Positions 42,483 through 52,801 of a stretch of 64,000 bases of DNA are shown one piece after another. The position numbers and the translations under genes are program-made. The notes under the pieces were generated by a model that was not told where the DNA came from, did no database searches, and saw only the letters and a list, made by a program, of their open reading frames with translations. The first letter of the stretch is position 1. Each line of letters begins with the position of its first letter. Source of the stretch: Anaerolineales bacterium (lineage in GTDB: Bacteria > Chloroflexota > Anaerolineae > Anaerolineales > RBG-16-64-43); NCBI GenBank assembly GCA_050010135.1, contig JBEKLP010000003.1:6536-70535 (forward strand), read 5' to 3'.

Positions 42483-43346
42483 TTATAAGAATTCCTCGAT
42501 CAGCGCATTCCATTCTTCATCAGTCAATCCGATCCGGCTGTTCACGAGGGGCTCCCCTTGCAGTGACGGTTCATCCTCGACAAAGGTCGGCCGGTCGGCT
42601 TCGTAGAACACGCCGAGCGGCAGTTTGTCGTCGGTGCGCATCGCTTGCTTGATCGCAGCGTCGAGATTCGACGGATCGTGCCCCTCGCTCTCCAGTTTGA
42701 ACACCTTCTCGCGGAACCAGGCGAAGGTATTGACCTTGTTCCATGTGACACAGGGGGAAAACACGTCCACCAGGGAAAAACCTTTGTGGGCGATTCCCCG
42801 TTTCATCACCTCGGCCAATTGGACCGGGTCGCCGGAGAAACCCCGACCGACGAAGGTCGCCCCGCCCACCAAGGCCATCGCCAATGGGTTGAGCGCGTTC
42901 TCCGGGTTCCCTTCCGGCGTGGATTTGGTCTTGGCGCACTTGGCCGACGTGGGGGACGCCTGGCCGGTGGTGAGCCCATAAATTTGATTGTCCATCACGA
43001 TATAAGTCAGGTCGAGGTTTCGCCGCAGGGCGTGGATGAAATGACCGACCCCTATCCCGTAGCCGTCGCCGTCTCCGCCGGTGATCACCACGGTCAGATC
43101 CATGTTCGCCATCTTGATCCCCTGGGCGACCGGAACGGCCCGGCCGTGAAGGGTGTGAATTCCATACGCGTTCATGAAATGGGGTAAGTCGGAGGAGCAC
43201 CCGATCCCGGAAACGACGACCAGATTCTGGCGCTCAATGCTCAGCGCCGCGCAGGCGGTCTGCAGCGCGTTGAGGACTCCGTAATCACCGCACCCGGGGC
43301 ACCAGGTTTGCCGGACGTGGGATTTATATTCGCTGGCTGTGCTCAT
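42483..43346 (-). CDS. korB: 2-oxoacid:ferredoxin oxidoreductase beta subunit (TPP-binding)
   Basis: WCPGCGDYGVL, GIGCSS, GGDGDGYGIG, MDNQIYGLT.GQ. Confidence 0.9.
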   Translation of the reverse strand: MSTASEYKSHVRQTWCPGCGDYGVLNALQTACAALSIERQNLVVVSGIGCSSDLPHFMNAYGIHTLHGRAVPVAQGIKMANMDLTVVITGGDGDGYGIGVGHFIHALRRNLDLTYIVMDNQIYGLTTGQASPTSAKCAKTKSTPEGNPENALNPLAMALVGGATFVGRGFSGDPVQLAEVMKRGIAHKGFSLVDVFSPCVTWNKVNTFAWFREKVFKLESEGHDPSNLDAAIKQAMRTDDKLPLGVFYEADRPTFVEDEPSLQGEPLVNSRIGLTDEEWNALIEEFL

Positions 43347-45166
43347 TTTAAAATCACCGGGAGGTCCAACTCGGACGAGACGAGCTTCTGGCTGACGGGT
43401 GGATCATCCTGCAAACATTTTTCCAGCGCCCGCGTCAACGGTCCGGCCGAAAACGGCTCGCCGTCGAATTTGTGTATGGCGGATGGAATGGAGAAACCGG
43501 TCTCCTGGCGGATCAGGCGGGCGAGCAATCCGCCGTAGTTATTTTCCACGCACACGACCCTTTTCGCCGATTGCAGAATAGGAAGCGCCTTTTGGGCCGG
43601 AAACGGCCAGAGAGTCCGGAACTGAATGAGGTTGGCGGAACGCCCGCCGGCTTCCAACGCACGGCGCGCCTCCTCCAGGATTTGAAAGGTCGATCCCCAA
43701 CCAACCAGGGTAATCTCCGCATGTTCCGGTCCTTCGCAGACAAATCCGCGTTCCAAGGTGTCACATCGAACGCCCTCCATCTTTCGCATCCGTTTCTCCA
43801 TCATCTTCGTCCGCGTGGTGGGGTTGGTGTACCAGTCGGTGATCAGCACGCCCTGTTCGTTGTGTTCGTCGGACGTAGCGATATGCATCCGGCCCGGCGT
43901 GCCGGGGAGCGCGCGCGGCGAAACGCCGCTGGGAGTGTCGCGGTAACGGAGATATTCACCTTCCACGGAACGCACCACCTCGCCGCGTTCAATGGGAACA
44001 TGGGGGTTCAGGCTTTCCGGATCGGCGACAACGGTGCGTTCCGAGAGATACAGGTCCAGGATCACGATTACCGGCATTTGATACTTCTCGGCCAGGTTGT
44101 GAGCTTCGATCGTGGAGTAGTAGGCATCGACCTCGTCGAGCGGAGCAAGGACGGCTTTGGGATATTCCCCCTGGGAAGCACCGAGCGCCTGGAACAGATC
44201 GCCCTGTTCGGTTTTCGTAGGCTGCCCGGTGGATGGGCCGCCGCGCTGGGAAAGGACCGCCACCACCGGCGCCTCGATCATCCCAGCCATGCCAATGGCT
44301 TCGGTCATCAGGGCGAATCCGCCGCCGGACGTGCCGACCATCGCGCGCACCCCCGCGTACCCCGCGCCGATGGCCATGTTAATCGCGGAGAGTTCGTCCT
44401 CCGTCTGTTTCATAAGCATCCCGTAGCGGGACGCGCGCGGCGCGAGCCAGTGCATGATCGAGGAAGCCGGCGTCATCGGATAGGCCGCATAGAATTTGCA
44501 TCCACCGGCAACAGCGCCCAGGGCGATGGCCTGGTTGCCGGTGATCACCATTCGGCGCTTCCCGTCGCCGGAAAGGGCGATGTGCTCCGCGGGAGGAAAC
44601 GTCTTTTGCGCGAAATCCCACCCCCGCCGGGCGACGGTTACGTTCTGATCGGAAAGCTCCGCCTTGCGTTTTCCAAACTGGGCGCGGACGGCTCCCTCGA
44701 AAACATCCCACGGGACCTTCAGGAGAAACACCAGCGCTCCGAGCAGGACCGTGTTCTGCATTACGGGATTCTTGGGCAGGTCTGCGGTGAGCTCCCCGAC
44801 GGGAACGCCGCACGGCAGGACAGAGCCGAGGGAGTCCGGCGGCTTGACGATATCGGCGTTGAACAGCACGCGTCCTTGCGGCCGGGCGGATTGGAGGTTT
44901 AAATCCAGAACGCTTTGGCTGAGCGCAACGAGGAAATCCCAGCTTCCTCCTTGCGATAAAACGGGGTGCGGGCCGATCCGGATTTGCAGCAGCACCTGGC
45001 CGCCGCGGATCACGGACTGGTAGGAATTATGGGCAAACGCCCCCAAACCCAGCCGGGCGACAGTCTTCATCCAGACGTCGCCCGCCGAGCCGATGCCTTC
45101 GCCGGCCTCGCCGCCGATCCAGATCGTTGCTTCCGATTGTGCATTCATCATGCTGGACGAATCCAA
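43343..45166 (-). CDS. korA: 2-oxoacid:ferredoxin oxidoreductase alpha subunit (gamma-alpha fusion type)
   Basis: N-terminal GGEAGEGI (gamma-like) plus GNQAIALGA...YPMTPAS...QTEDELSAINMAIGA...GGGF.LM.E. ATGA overlap with korB. Start uncertain: TTG 45166 or ATG 45151. Confidence 0.9.
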   Translation of the reverse strand: MDSSSMMNAQSEATIWIGGEAGEGIGSAGDVWMKTVARLGLGAFAHNSYQSVIRGGQVLLQIRIGPHPVLSQGGSWDFLVALSQSVLDLNLQSARPQGRVLFNADIVKPPDSLGSVLPCGVPVGELTADLPKNPVMQNTVLLGALVFLLKVPWDVFEGAVRAQFGKRKAELSDQNVTVARRGWDFAQKTFPPAEHIALSGDGKRRMVITGNQAIALGAVAGGCKFYAAYPMTPASSIMHWLAPRASRYGMLMKQTEDELSAINMAIGAGYAGVRAMVGTSGGGFALMTEAIGMAGMIEAPVVAVLSQRGGPSTGQPTKTEQGDLFQALGASQGEYPKAVLAPLDEVDAYYSTIEAHNLAEKYQMPVIVILDLYLSERTVVADPESLNPHVPIERGEVVRSVEGEYLRYRDTPSGVSPRALPGTPGRMHIATSDEHNEQGVLITDWYTNPTTRTKMMEKRMRKMEGVRCDTLERGFVCEGPEHAEITLVGWGSTFQILEEARRALEAGGRSANLIQFRTLWPFPAQKALPILQSAKRVVCVENNYGGLLARLIRQETGFSIPSAIHKFDGEPFSAGPLTRALEKCLQDDPPVSQKLVSSELDLPVILK

Positions 45167-45418
45167 TCCACAATAGGGTATATTCTACATCCATTTTATC
45201 TTACGATGATCATGCTCGGAGGGACTGCCACCGAGAAAATCGGCTGGGGGAATTTACCGGAAACCCCGTTTTTCGCGTGCCGGCACGGGCAGAATTCCGC
45301 GGTCAGCCGCCCGTTTTTTTGATATCGATTTTTCGAGAATCGGATATACTCATCGAACCGTTCCCCGATCCTTGCGGAACCGCATCGACGGGGTTGATCT
45401 TTCATTTCGGAGGACACG

Positions 45419-46033
45419 ATGGCCGATTCCTACTTGAACAGCCTGCTCGGAGATAAGGAAGAAATTCTTCTGGTGGACCACCAGCATTGGTTGGTGCTGC
45501 TGGAGGAAATCGCCAGCGAACTGCTGCTTTCACTCGTGATTATCGTTGTAGTGGTCGGGCTGTCCATCTTCGTCCCGCTGGCGCTGATTGGGCTGGTGGT
45601 ATTGATCGCGCCGCTCGCCAGCCTGACCCGCGACGTGTTGAGATGGTCGAACCGCAAATACATCATCACCAACCGCCGGGTGATCCAGCTTTCGGGCGTG
45701 CTGAATAAAGACGTTGTGGATTCCTCGCTGGAAAAAGTCAACGACGTCATGCTGGATCAAACGTTCCTGGGGCGCATCTTTGGCTACGGCGACATCGAAG
45801 TACTCACCGCAAGTGAAATCGGGGTGAATAAAATCCGCCGGATCGCCCACCCCGTCCAATATAAAATCGCCATGGTAAACGCCAAAGCCAAGCTCGAGGG
45901 ACTGACGGGTGCGCCTTCCGCCGGAAACGACGTCCCGGCGCTGATTTCGCAACTGGACGCCCTGCGCCAGAAGGGGGTCATCTCCGACGCGGAATTCCAG
46001 GAGAAGAAAGCTAAGTTGATGGCGAAGATATAA
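45419..46033 (+). CDS. membrane protein with bacterial PH (YdbS/YdbT-like) domain and C-terminal SHOCT domain
   Basis: Two TM helices, then KYIITNRRVIQLSG......D..LEKVNDV...Q...GRIFGYGDIEV. C-terminal LRQKGVISDAEFQEKKAKL. Confidence 0.7.
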   Translation: MADSYLNSLLGDKEEILLVDHQHWLVLLEEIASELLLSLVIIVVVVGLSIFVPLALIGLVVLIAPLASLTRDVLRWSNRKYIITNRRVIQLSGVLNKDVVDSSLEKVNDVMLDQTFLGRIFGYGDIEVLTASEIGVNKIRRIAHPVQYKIAMVNAKAKLEGLTGAPSAGNDVPALISQLDALRQKGVISDAEFQEKKAKLMAKI

Positions 46034-46052
46034 CCGAAACCGATCGGTTAAT

Positions 46053-46084
46053 GTAGTTGGGCCCGCGCAAGCGGGCCCAACTAC
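46053..46084. terminator. 14-bp perfect hairpin with GCAA tetraloop between convergent genes
   Basis: GTAGTTGGGCCCGC-GCAA-GCGGGCCCAACTAC. No U tract follows, so its function as an intrinsic terminator is uncertain. Confidence 0.5.
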
Positions 46085-46210
46085 AACCACCTTGGAGGGA
46101 GAGGGAGGGAGGAGAGAAATTCGGAGCGCTTAACGCACTCTAAAAAAGATAATACGCTCCCTCAAAACCCTGCCATAGTGACAAGTGTCATGTTTTTTCA
46201 AACCCAAGAT

Positions 46211-47362
46211 TCATAGGTCCAGCGGTCTTGGAAAACGCGCTTTCCCCTCAACTCCCTCGGGTTTACGCCAAATTCCAGCAAGGATTTCGCCACAATTCGG
46301 ACATTTTCCATCGTCCCCGAGCCGGTATTCCAGGATTGAGTAACCTCTCCGGCGGACAACCGGTTGCCGGCATTTCGGGCAGAGGGTATCTTCCAGCTCC
46401 TTAACCATTCCCGGTAGGTTCCCGGCATATACATAGCGCAATCCGGCCTCCTGGCCGATCTCCGCCGCCCTGGTAAGGTCAGCTGCATTGGTCGGACGCG
46501 CGGCGTCGTATTGGTAATCGGGATGATAGGCGGTGACGTGCCAGGGGATGTCGGCCGAGACACCCACCAGGAAGCGGGCCGCGTCCCACAATTCGGACGA
46601 ATCGTCGTTGAGGCCTGGGATAAGCAGGGTGACCACCTCCACCCACAAACCCGCTTGGCGGGCGGCTTGGATGGTATCGAGCGTATTTTGCAGCACGCCT
46701 CCCAGCGTCGCGTAGGTGCGCTCGCGCATCGCTTTGAGGTCGATCTTCATCCCGTCCAAGTGCGGCCGCAAGTAAGCCAGTACTTCGGGCGTGGCGTTGC
46801 CGTTGGAGACTATCGCGGTTTTGAATCCGCGTTCCCGCGCCGGACGGAAAATCGCCGCGGCCCATTCGGCTGTAATCAGCGGCTCGTTGTAGGAGGAAAC
46901 CACAACGTCCGCCCGGGAGCGTTCCGCCGCGGCCGTAATCTCCTCCGGAGAGGTGCGGTGGATTGTCAGCCCCATGCTGTCTGTCACCGGATCGCGAAGC
47001 GCCTGGGAGGAGACCCAATTCTGGCAGAACCCGCAATGGAAGTCGCAGCCGAGCATCCCGAAGGTTAAGGCGGTTCCGCCCGGCAGAAAATGATAAAACG
47101 GCTTTTTCTCGATCGGATCGGCCTGCAACCCGGCTACGTACCCCCACGGCATCCGCAGCTTCCCGTCGCGGTTGAAGCGCACGCGGCAGATGCCGCGCCT
47201 TGCCGGGCGCACCAGACAGCGGTGGCCGCAGGCCAGGCAGCGGACCACGCCCTCTTCCTGCGACTGAACCAACTCGGCATCCGCCGACAGCGTATCCAGC
47301 GTTTCCTGCAGTGTGGCCATATCGCTTTCGATTATACGATGTGTCATAATGGAAGGATACAT
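46211..47362 (-). CDS. AmmeMemoRadiSam-system-type radical SAM enzyme (PFL-activase-like) with C-terminal CxxC...CxxC ribbon
   Basis: CLACGHRC...GICRVR N-terminal cluster. GCDFHCGFCQNW radical SAM motif. C-terminal CPKCRQP...CPNCGE. Confidence 0.8.
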   Translation of the reverse strand: MYPSIMTHRIIESDMATLQETLDTLSADAELVQSQEEGVVRCLACGHRCLVRPARRGICRVRFNRDGKLRMPWGYVAGLQADPIEKKPFYHFLPGGTALTFGMLGCDFHCGFCQNWVSSQALRDPVTDSMGLTIHRTSPEEITAAAERSRADVVVSSYNEPLITAEWAAAIFRPARERGFKTAIVSNGNATPEVLAYLRPHLDGMKIDLKAMRERTYATLGGVLQNTLDTIQAARQAGLWVEVVTLLIPGLNDDSSELWDAARFLVGVSADIPWHVTAYHPDYQYDAARPTNAADLTRAAEIGQEAGLRYVYAGNLPGMVKELEDTLCPKCRQPVVRRRGYSILEYRLGDDGKCPNCGEILAGIWRKPEGVEGKARFPRPLDL

Positions 47363-47426
47363 ATCCGGTCATCCCCTTTTTATTATCGGCTTGGCATGAA
47401 GGAGGGGCAGCCTTATCGGCGGGAAT

Positions 47427-48305
47427 ATGCGAACGCATCCTCTTTTATCCAAAGCGGAATGCGGCGAAGACGAATTCATCGAAATCGACGGATACCAAAT
47501 CCATTATGTGGATATCGGCAAGGGAAAACCGGTCCTCCTGATTCCGGGTTCCTTCAGCACATACCGGGCCTGGAATGCCATCGTTCCGCGGCTTTCCGAG
47601 GAATATCGCCTTCTAGCGCTGGATTATCTCGGCACGGGAGACTCCGACAAGCCGCGGTCCGGATTCGGTTATACGGTCGGCGAGCAGGCCGATCTAGCCG
47701 CCCGGTTGATTCTAAAGTTGCGGTTGGGAAAGACGCATTTGATCGGCGCCTCCTACGGCGGGGCGATCGTGCTGAATATGGCGGCCCGATATGCGGACGT
47801 GGTCGGGAAGGTTGTCAGCATCGAGGGTGGAATCCTCAAACCGAAAACAATGCCAGCCAATCCGATGGAAAATCTGCTGCGCTTTCCCATCCTGGGGGAT
47901 CTGACGGTCGCGATCATCCGGTCCGGCTTGTTGAATGGAATCGTTTTGGAATCGATCGCCGGCGCCTGGTTCGCGAAAATGACCGCGGATCAAAAACAAA
48001 AAATGCGGGAAGAGATTTCCTACAACGCCCGCAGCGCCTCGCGCGTTGCCTGGTATTGGATCGCCAAATCCCCCCAGACGGTGATTCCGTTCGAGGAGGA
48101 GGCCAAGCGGATCCGGGCGCCGATACTCTATCTTGCGGGAAAGCAAAGCGACTTCCGGGCCATGGCCGAGGAAAACATCGGCTTCCTGCGGGAATTTCTT
48201 CCGCAGGCGAAGGTCATGGAGTTTTCAGACGGCATCCACGATCTGGAGATGCAAAAACCGAGGGAAGTGGCGAGGGCGATCTTGGAATTTTTCACAGAAG
48301 GCTGA
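47427..48305 (+). CDS. alpha/beta-fold hydrolase
   Basis: GKPVLLIPG oxyanion region and nucleophile elbow GASYGG. C-terminal DGIHD His region. Confidence 0.8.
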   Translation: MRTHPLLSKAECGEDEFIEIDGYQIHYVDIGKGKPVLLIPGSFSTYRAWNAIVPRLSEEYRLLALDYLGTGDSDKPRSGFGYTVGEQADLAARLILKLRLGKTHLIGASYGGAIVLNMAARYADVVGKVVSIEGGILKPKTMPANPMENLLRFPILGDLTVAIIRSGLLNGIVLESIAGAWFAKMTADQKQKMREEISYNARSASRVAWYWIAKSPQTVIPFEEEAKRIRAPILYLAGKQSDFRAMAEENIGFLREFLPQAKVMEFSDGIHDLEMQKPREVARAILEFFTEG

Positions 48306-48431
48306 TGTTATTTTTTCCGACAGAACGGATCATCCATCGGTTAATCCGGTAAACGGACATACCGTTGGCGAAGTGACAACATCCGGAATTCCGATTTATA
48401 ATATCGGCGTTTCTTCAACCCAGGGGGATAT

Positions 48432-49538
48432 ATGCTGCGTCCATTTCGATTCCGTAAATTCAGCGTTCGATTCGTTCTCTTCATCCCCGCCCTGGCTGTG
48501 CTCGGCTGGGGTCTTTTGCACCGGGAGAATATCTCCGTCAAGGCGCTCCCCACCCCTTCCGCGGTCAACGGGCTGGGAGAGACCGGCGTATGGTTCAGCC
48601 GGCCGCAGGAATTCGACGGTCGGTATCTCGGCGGCCCGGATGAGGCGCTCGACCTCGCGATCGACCAGGCGCGATGCTGTGTGGATGCGGCCGTTTATGA
48701 TTTCAATCTGCTCCCCGTGGCGCGGGCGCTGCTGCGGGCAGAGGCCCGCGGCGTTACGGTGCGGATCGTTACGGACTCCGATAACGAGCACCGCGAGGCG
48801 ATCGGTTTGCTGCGCGGGGAAGGAATCCCGATCGTCGGTGACAATCGGGACGGGCTGATGCACGACAAGTTCGTGGTCATCGACCGCGAGGACGTGTGGG
48901 CCGGGTCGATGAACCTGACCGCCAACGACGCCTATCGGAACGACAACAACTTTCTGCACATCCGCTCAACGGAGCTCGCGAAGATTTTCACCGGCGAGTT
49001 TGGGGAGATGTTCATCGGAAAATTCTTCGGGACCGATTCCCCCCGCAACGAACGCTCGGCGGCGGCGGTGGATACCGGCCTGGGCCCGGTGCAGGCGCTC
49101 TTTGCACCGGAGGACCAGGTGGCCCGCCACGTGATTGAATTGATCCATGGGGCAAAAAAATCGATACATTTTTTGGCCTTTTCCTTCACTTCATCCCAAA
49201 TCGCGGATGCGTTGATCGAGCGCGCCGCCGCGGGTGTGAGGGTAGCGGGAGTGATGGAGACTTCACAAGCTAAATCCAACTCCGGAGCGCAATGGAACTC
49301 GCTTCTGAAGGGCGGCGTAGCGTCTTATTTGGACGCCAATCCACGCAACATGCATCACAAGGTGATTCTGATCGACGGGGAAATCGTCATTACCGGTTCC
49401 TATAATTTCAGCGAGAGCGCCGATAACAAAAATGATGAAGATCTGCTGATCATCTGGAATGCCGGGTGGGCCGGAATCTTCGAAAAGGAATTTAGCAGAA
49501 TTTACGACTTGGCTGTCCAGAAATCGGCGGGTCTTTAG
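48432..49538 (+). CDS. membrane-anchored phospholipase D-family protein (two HKD motifs)
   Basis: N-terminal TM. HDKFVVIDREDVWAGSMNLT and HHKVILIDGEIVITGSYNFS. Confidence 0.85.
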   Translation: MLRPFRFRKFSVRFVLFIPALAVLGWGLLHRENISVKALPTPSAVNGLGETGVWFSRPQEFDGRYLGGPDEALDLAIDQARCCVDAAVYDFNLLPVARALLRAEARGVTVRIVTDSDNEHREAIGLLRGEGIPIVGDNRDGLMHDKFVVIDREDVWAGSMNLTANDAYRNDNNFLHIRSTELAKIFTGEFGEMFIGKFFGTDSPRNERSAAAVDTGLGPVQALFAPEDQVARHVIELIHGAKKSIHFLAFSFTSSQIADALIERAAAGVRVAGVMETSQAKSNSGAQWNSLLKGGVASYLDANPRNMHHKVILIDGEIVITGSYNFSESADNKNDEDLLIIWNAGWAGIFEKEFSRIYDLAVQKSAGL

Positions 49539-49627
49539 CGGAAAAGCCGTCCCCGTTATTTTTATTACGGGAAATTCTTTTTGGTGAATAACTCACCCCC
49601 TTTCCTGCGTGGTATATAATCCCGGAT

Positions 49628-51526
49628 ATGGATACTACTCCCGGGGTTTCCGCTTCGCCCGAAAAGCCGCGTGCACCCCGTGCATTCGTCACCCGATGGA
49701 CGGTGAGGATCGCTGCCGTTCTTCTCGCCGCGGCGTTGACGCTGGCGCTATCCTTCGCCGTCAGCGCATCCGTTTACGAATCCGCCAACAGCGGAAGGAT
49801 CTATCCGGGCGTGACGGTATTTGGGATGAACCTCTCCGGCCTCTCCGCGGTGGACGCGGCCCAGCAAATGGACGCAGGTTTCGACTATCCCAGGGACGGC
49901 CGGATCGTGTTCACCTACGGAGATAAAAAATGGGTGGCAACACCCGGGGATTTGGGGCTGGGTCTGGATCTGCTGGCGACCACCAACGACGCCTACTCCG
50001 TCGGACGGTCCAAGGACATGCTCGGGAACGCCGGGGATCAGTTGGAATCCAGGTTCAGCGGCGTAGCCGTGGCTCCGGTGCTGCAGTTCGATTTCACCCG
50101 GGCGCTCGCCTTTTTACAGCGCATCGCCCCCGAAGTGGAGCAGCCCGCAGTCGAAGCGCGCCTCGAGATGCATGGATTGGACGTGGTCGCTATCCCCGGC
50201 CAGGTGGGGAAGCGGTTGGACATGGCCGCCATGCTTCCACAGATCGCCGTCCCGATCGGCCACCTCACGGACGCTGTGATTCAAATGGCAGTAACGGATT
50301 TCCCTCCGCGGGTGCTGGATGCTTCCCCGCAGGCGGCCGTTGCCCAGCAGCTGCTCAGCCAGGATTTTGCCATGACCATCGCCGACAGCCAGCCCGGCGA
50401 TCCGGCATCGTTTACGCTCACCCCGGCGATGCTCGCGGACATGCTCTCCTTCCGGGAGGCGACGGATTCCAACGGGACCCATTATTTGTTGGCGCTGGAC
50501 GAAGAGAAACTGGCGAATACGCTCCGGACGCTGGCGGGAACCCTCTCCCGCAAAATGCAAAACGCGCGCTATCACTTTGATACGAGCGCCGGCGCACTGG
50601 TTCTGTATATACCGTCCCAGCGCGGGCGCGAATTGAACGTCGATAAATCCATCCAGTCCATCCAGGACGCCGTCGCGCAGGGAGCGCATGGCGCGGCGCT
50701 GGCGTTCGATACCACTGAGCCGGACGTCGGGGACCAGGAAACTGCCGCCGCGCTGGGCATCACCGGCCTTCTGCCGGGTGGAATGCAATGGACTTCCTTC
50801 GCCGGTTCGGCCCCGGAACGAATCCAGAATATCACCCTGGCCTCCGCGCAATTCGACGGTCTGCTGGTCAAACCGGGAGAGGCCTTTTCGATGGGTGCGC
50901 ATCTCGGGGACGTCAGTCTCGACACCGGTTACGCCGAGGCGTTGATCATCGTGGGCAATCGCACCATCAAAGGCGCCGGAGGCGGTGTCTGCCAGGTGAG
51001 TACCACGCTGTTCCGGACAATCCTCATGACCGGATTTCCCGTCACCGAGCGGTATTCCCATGCCTACCGGGTGGGTTATTACGAGAACGGCGACGGGCCG
51101 GTGCATCTTGGCGCGGGATTTGACGCGACGGTGTTCTTCCCGGAGGTCGACCTGAAATTTATCAATGATTCACCATACTGGATTCTGATGGAAACCCAGG
51201 TGGATACAACGAACAAACGGCTGTATTGGCGGTTCTATTCCACTTCCGACGGCCGCATCGTCAGTTACAATTCCAGTGGCGTTACGAAAGAGGTCGATCC
51301 TCCGGACCCGAAGTGGGAGGCAAACCCGCAACTGAACGTCGACTGGACGCAGGTGGATTGGGCGGTGAAGGGGGCGGACGTGACCGTCAACCGTTCCGTC
51401 TCCCGCAACGGCCAGGTGATCAACCAGGACCGGTATTTTACTCATTACCTGCCTTGGGGAGCGGTGTGCCAATACAATCCGGCCAAATACACTGCTCCCC
51501 CCGATGGGGCGCCCTGCCCGCCGTAA
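49628..51526 (+). CDS. VanW family protein
   Basis: N-terminal TM. VanW core GYAEALII.G....G.GGGVCQVSTTLF......G......R.SH...V.YY. Confidence 0.85.
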   Translation: MDTTPGVSASPEKPRAPRAFVTRWTVRIAAVLLAAALTLALSFAVSASVYESANSGRIYPGVTVFGMNLSGLSAVDAAQQMDAGFDYPRDGRIVFTYGDKKWVATPGDLGLGLDLLATTNDAYSVGRSKDMLGNAGDQLESRFSGVAVAPVLQFDFTRALAFLQRIAPEVEQPAVEARLEMHGLDVVAIPGQVGKRLDMAAMLPQIAVPIGHLTDAVIQMAVTDFPPRVLDASPQAAVAQQLLSQDFAMTIADSQPGDPASFTLTPAMLADMLSFREATDSNGTHYLLALDEEKLANTLRTLAGTLSRKMQNARYHFDTSAGALVLYIPSQRGRELNVDKSIQSIQDAVAQGAHGAALAFDTTEPDVGDQETAAALGITGLLPGGMQWTSFAGSAPERIQNITLASAQFDGLLVKPGEAFSMGAHLGDVSLDTGYAEALIIVGNRTIKGAGGGVCQVSTTLFRTILMTGFPVTERYSHAYRVGYYENGDGPVHLGAGFDATVFFPEVDLKFINDSPYWILMETQVDTTNKRLYWRFYSTSDGRIVSYNSSGVTKEVDPPDPKWEANPQLNVDWTQVDWAVKGADVTVNRSVSRNGQVINQDRYFTHYLPWGAVCQYNPAKYTAPPDGAPCPP

Positions 51527-51863
51527 TTCCTCCGAATGATCTCGCGAGGCGTTTTTCCTTCCACTCTCCGGGTCTTCATTGATTTTCAGATCTCCGTCTG
51601 GAAAGGCAGATTACTTCGAACAAACGGAACCCGTTGAAGGGAAATATTTTCGAATGATTTTTTTGAGGAGAAGCGACGCGAAATCAAAAAACCCGGGCAT
51701 GCTTGTATCTAGGATGGAGCTGGAGAATATTCTTGAGTATTCGCAATTTACCATCTCTCGGCCCGTCGGATGGGACCGGTTTCTGGAACTCTCGAGTACA
51801 ATGTCGGAACCTTGTGGATTTGTACAACCTCTAAAATTCGGACTTGCGTGAAGGGGAAGGGCA

Positions 51864-52742
51864 ATGCGGATCGTCGACCTTTGGAAACCCGGCAAAAAGC
51901 CGACCGTCGCCTTTGAGTTTTTTCCGGCCAAGACCCCCAAGGCGGAAGAGAATCTGGCCAAGACCATCGATACGCTGGCCGGTATCGGGCCGGAGTTCGC
52001 CACGGTAACTTTCGGGGCAGGTGGTTCAACCCGCGAGGGTTCCCGAAATCTGGCGGATCGGTTGAAGGGGGAAAAAGGGCTGGAGGTGGTCGCCTATTTC
52101 GCCGGGTTTGGTCTCGGCTTGAAGGAGATCGCCTCGACCCTGGAAGGATACGCCGGCATCGGGGTGGAGAATATCCTGGTGGTACGCGGCGATCCTCCGC
52201 GCGATCCGGAATTTAGAGCGCAGCCGGACAGTCTTTCATATGCCTCCGAGTTGCTGGCTTTCATCCGGCCGAGGTTTTCCTTTTGCCTTGGAGCGGCCGG
52301 TTATCCGGAAGGGCACGTACAGGCCCCCAACCTGGAACGGGATTTGGATTTTTTGGAACGGAAGGTGGAGGCGGGAGCCGAATTCATCCTCACCAATTAT
52401 TTTTACGACAACCGTTTCTTCTTCCACTACGTCGAGCGGTGCCGGGCCCGGGGGATCGGCGTGCCGATCATTCCGGGAATCATGCCGGTCTATTCGGCCA
52501 AGCTGACCGAAACTCTGGCGGCAACCTGTGGGGCCAGCATTCCCGAAGCCCTGCGCCGGGCATTGGCGGGATTGCCCGGGGAAGATAAACAAGCCGCGCT
52601 CGATTTTGGAATCGAGTTCGCCGTGCGCCAATGCCGGGAACTTCTCGCCGCGGGTGTCCCCGGGCTGCTTTTTTATACGATGGACCGCTGGGAATCGGCT
52701 GCCGAAATCGTCCGCCGGTTGCGCGGCGATAGCGTGTTGTAA
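51864..52742 (+). CDS. metF: methylenetetrahydrofolate reductase
   Basis: FEFFP.KT......L...I..L....P.F..VT.GAGGST... Confidence 0.9.
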   Translation: MRIVDLWKPGKKPTVAFEFFPAKTPKAEENLAKTIDTLAGIGPEFATVTFGAGGSTREGSRNLADRLKGEKGLEVVAYFAGFGLGLKEIASTLEGYAGIGVENILVVRGDPPRDPEFRAQPDSLSYASELLAFIRPRFSFCLGAAGYPEGHVQAPNLERDLDFLERKVEAGAEFILTNYFYDNRFFFHYVERCRARGIGVPIIPGIMPVYSAKLTETLAATCGASIPEALRRALAGLPGEDKQAALDFGIEFAVRQCRELLAAGVPGLLFYTMDRWESAAEIVRRLRGDSVL

Positions 52743-52801
52743 TTGTTGTTGAATCCCGGAGAAAGGGCCATCGCGTCTTTCATCAATGGAGGTGTCTTCC
52801 C

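Noticed and set aside
46085-46115. GA-rich tract GGAGGGAGAGGGAGGGAGGAGAG as a third copy of the palindromic element family.
   Set aside because: No complementary CT-rich arm lies nearby, so it does not form the nested hairpin seen at 12851-12958 and 38219-38291. It is mentioned only as compositionally related.
51640-51700. GAGGAGAAGCGACGCGAAA upstream of metF resembling the 5' part of an SAH riboswitch.
   Set aside because: The downstream CAGGCUCGG / AACGGCGCUCAC elements required for the SAH pseudoknot are not present.
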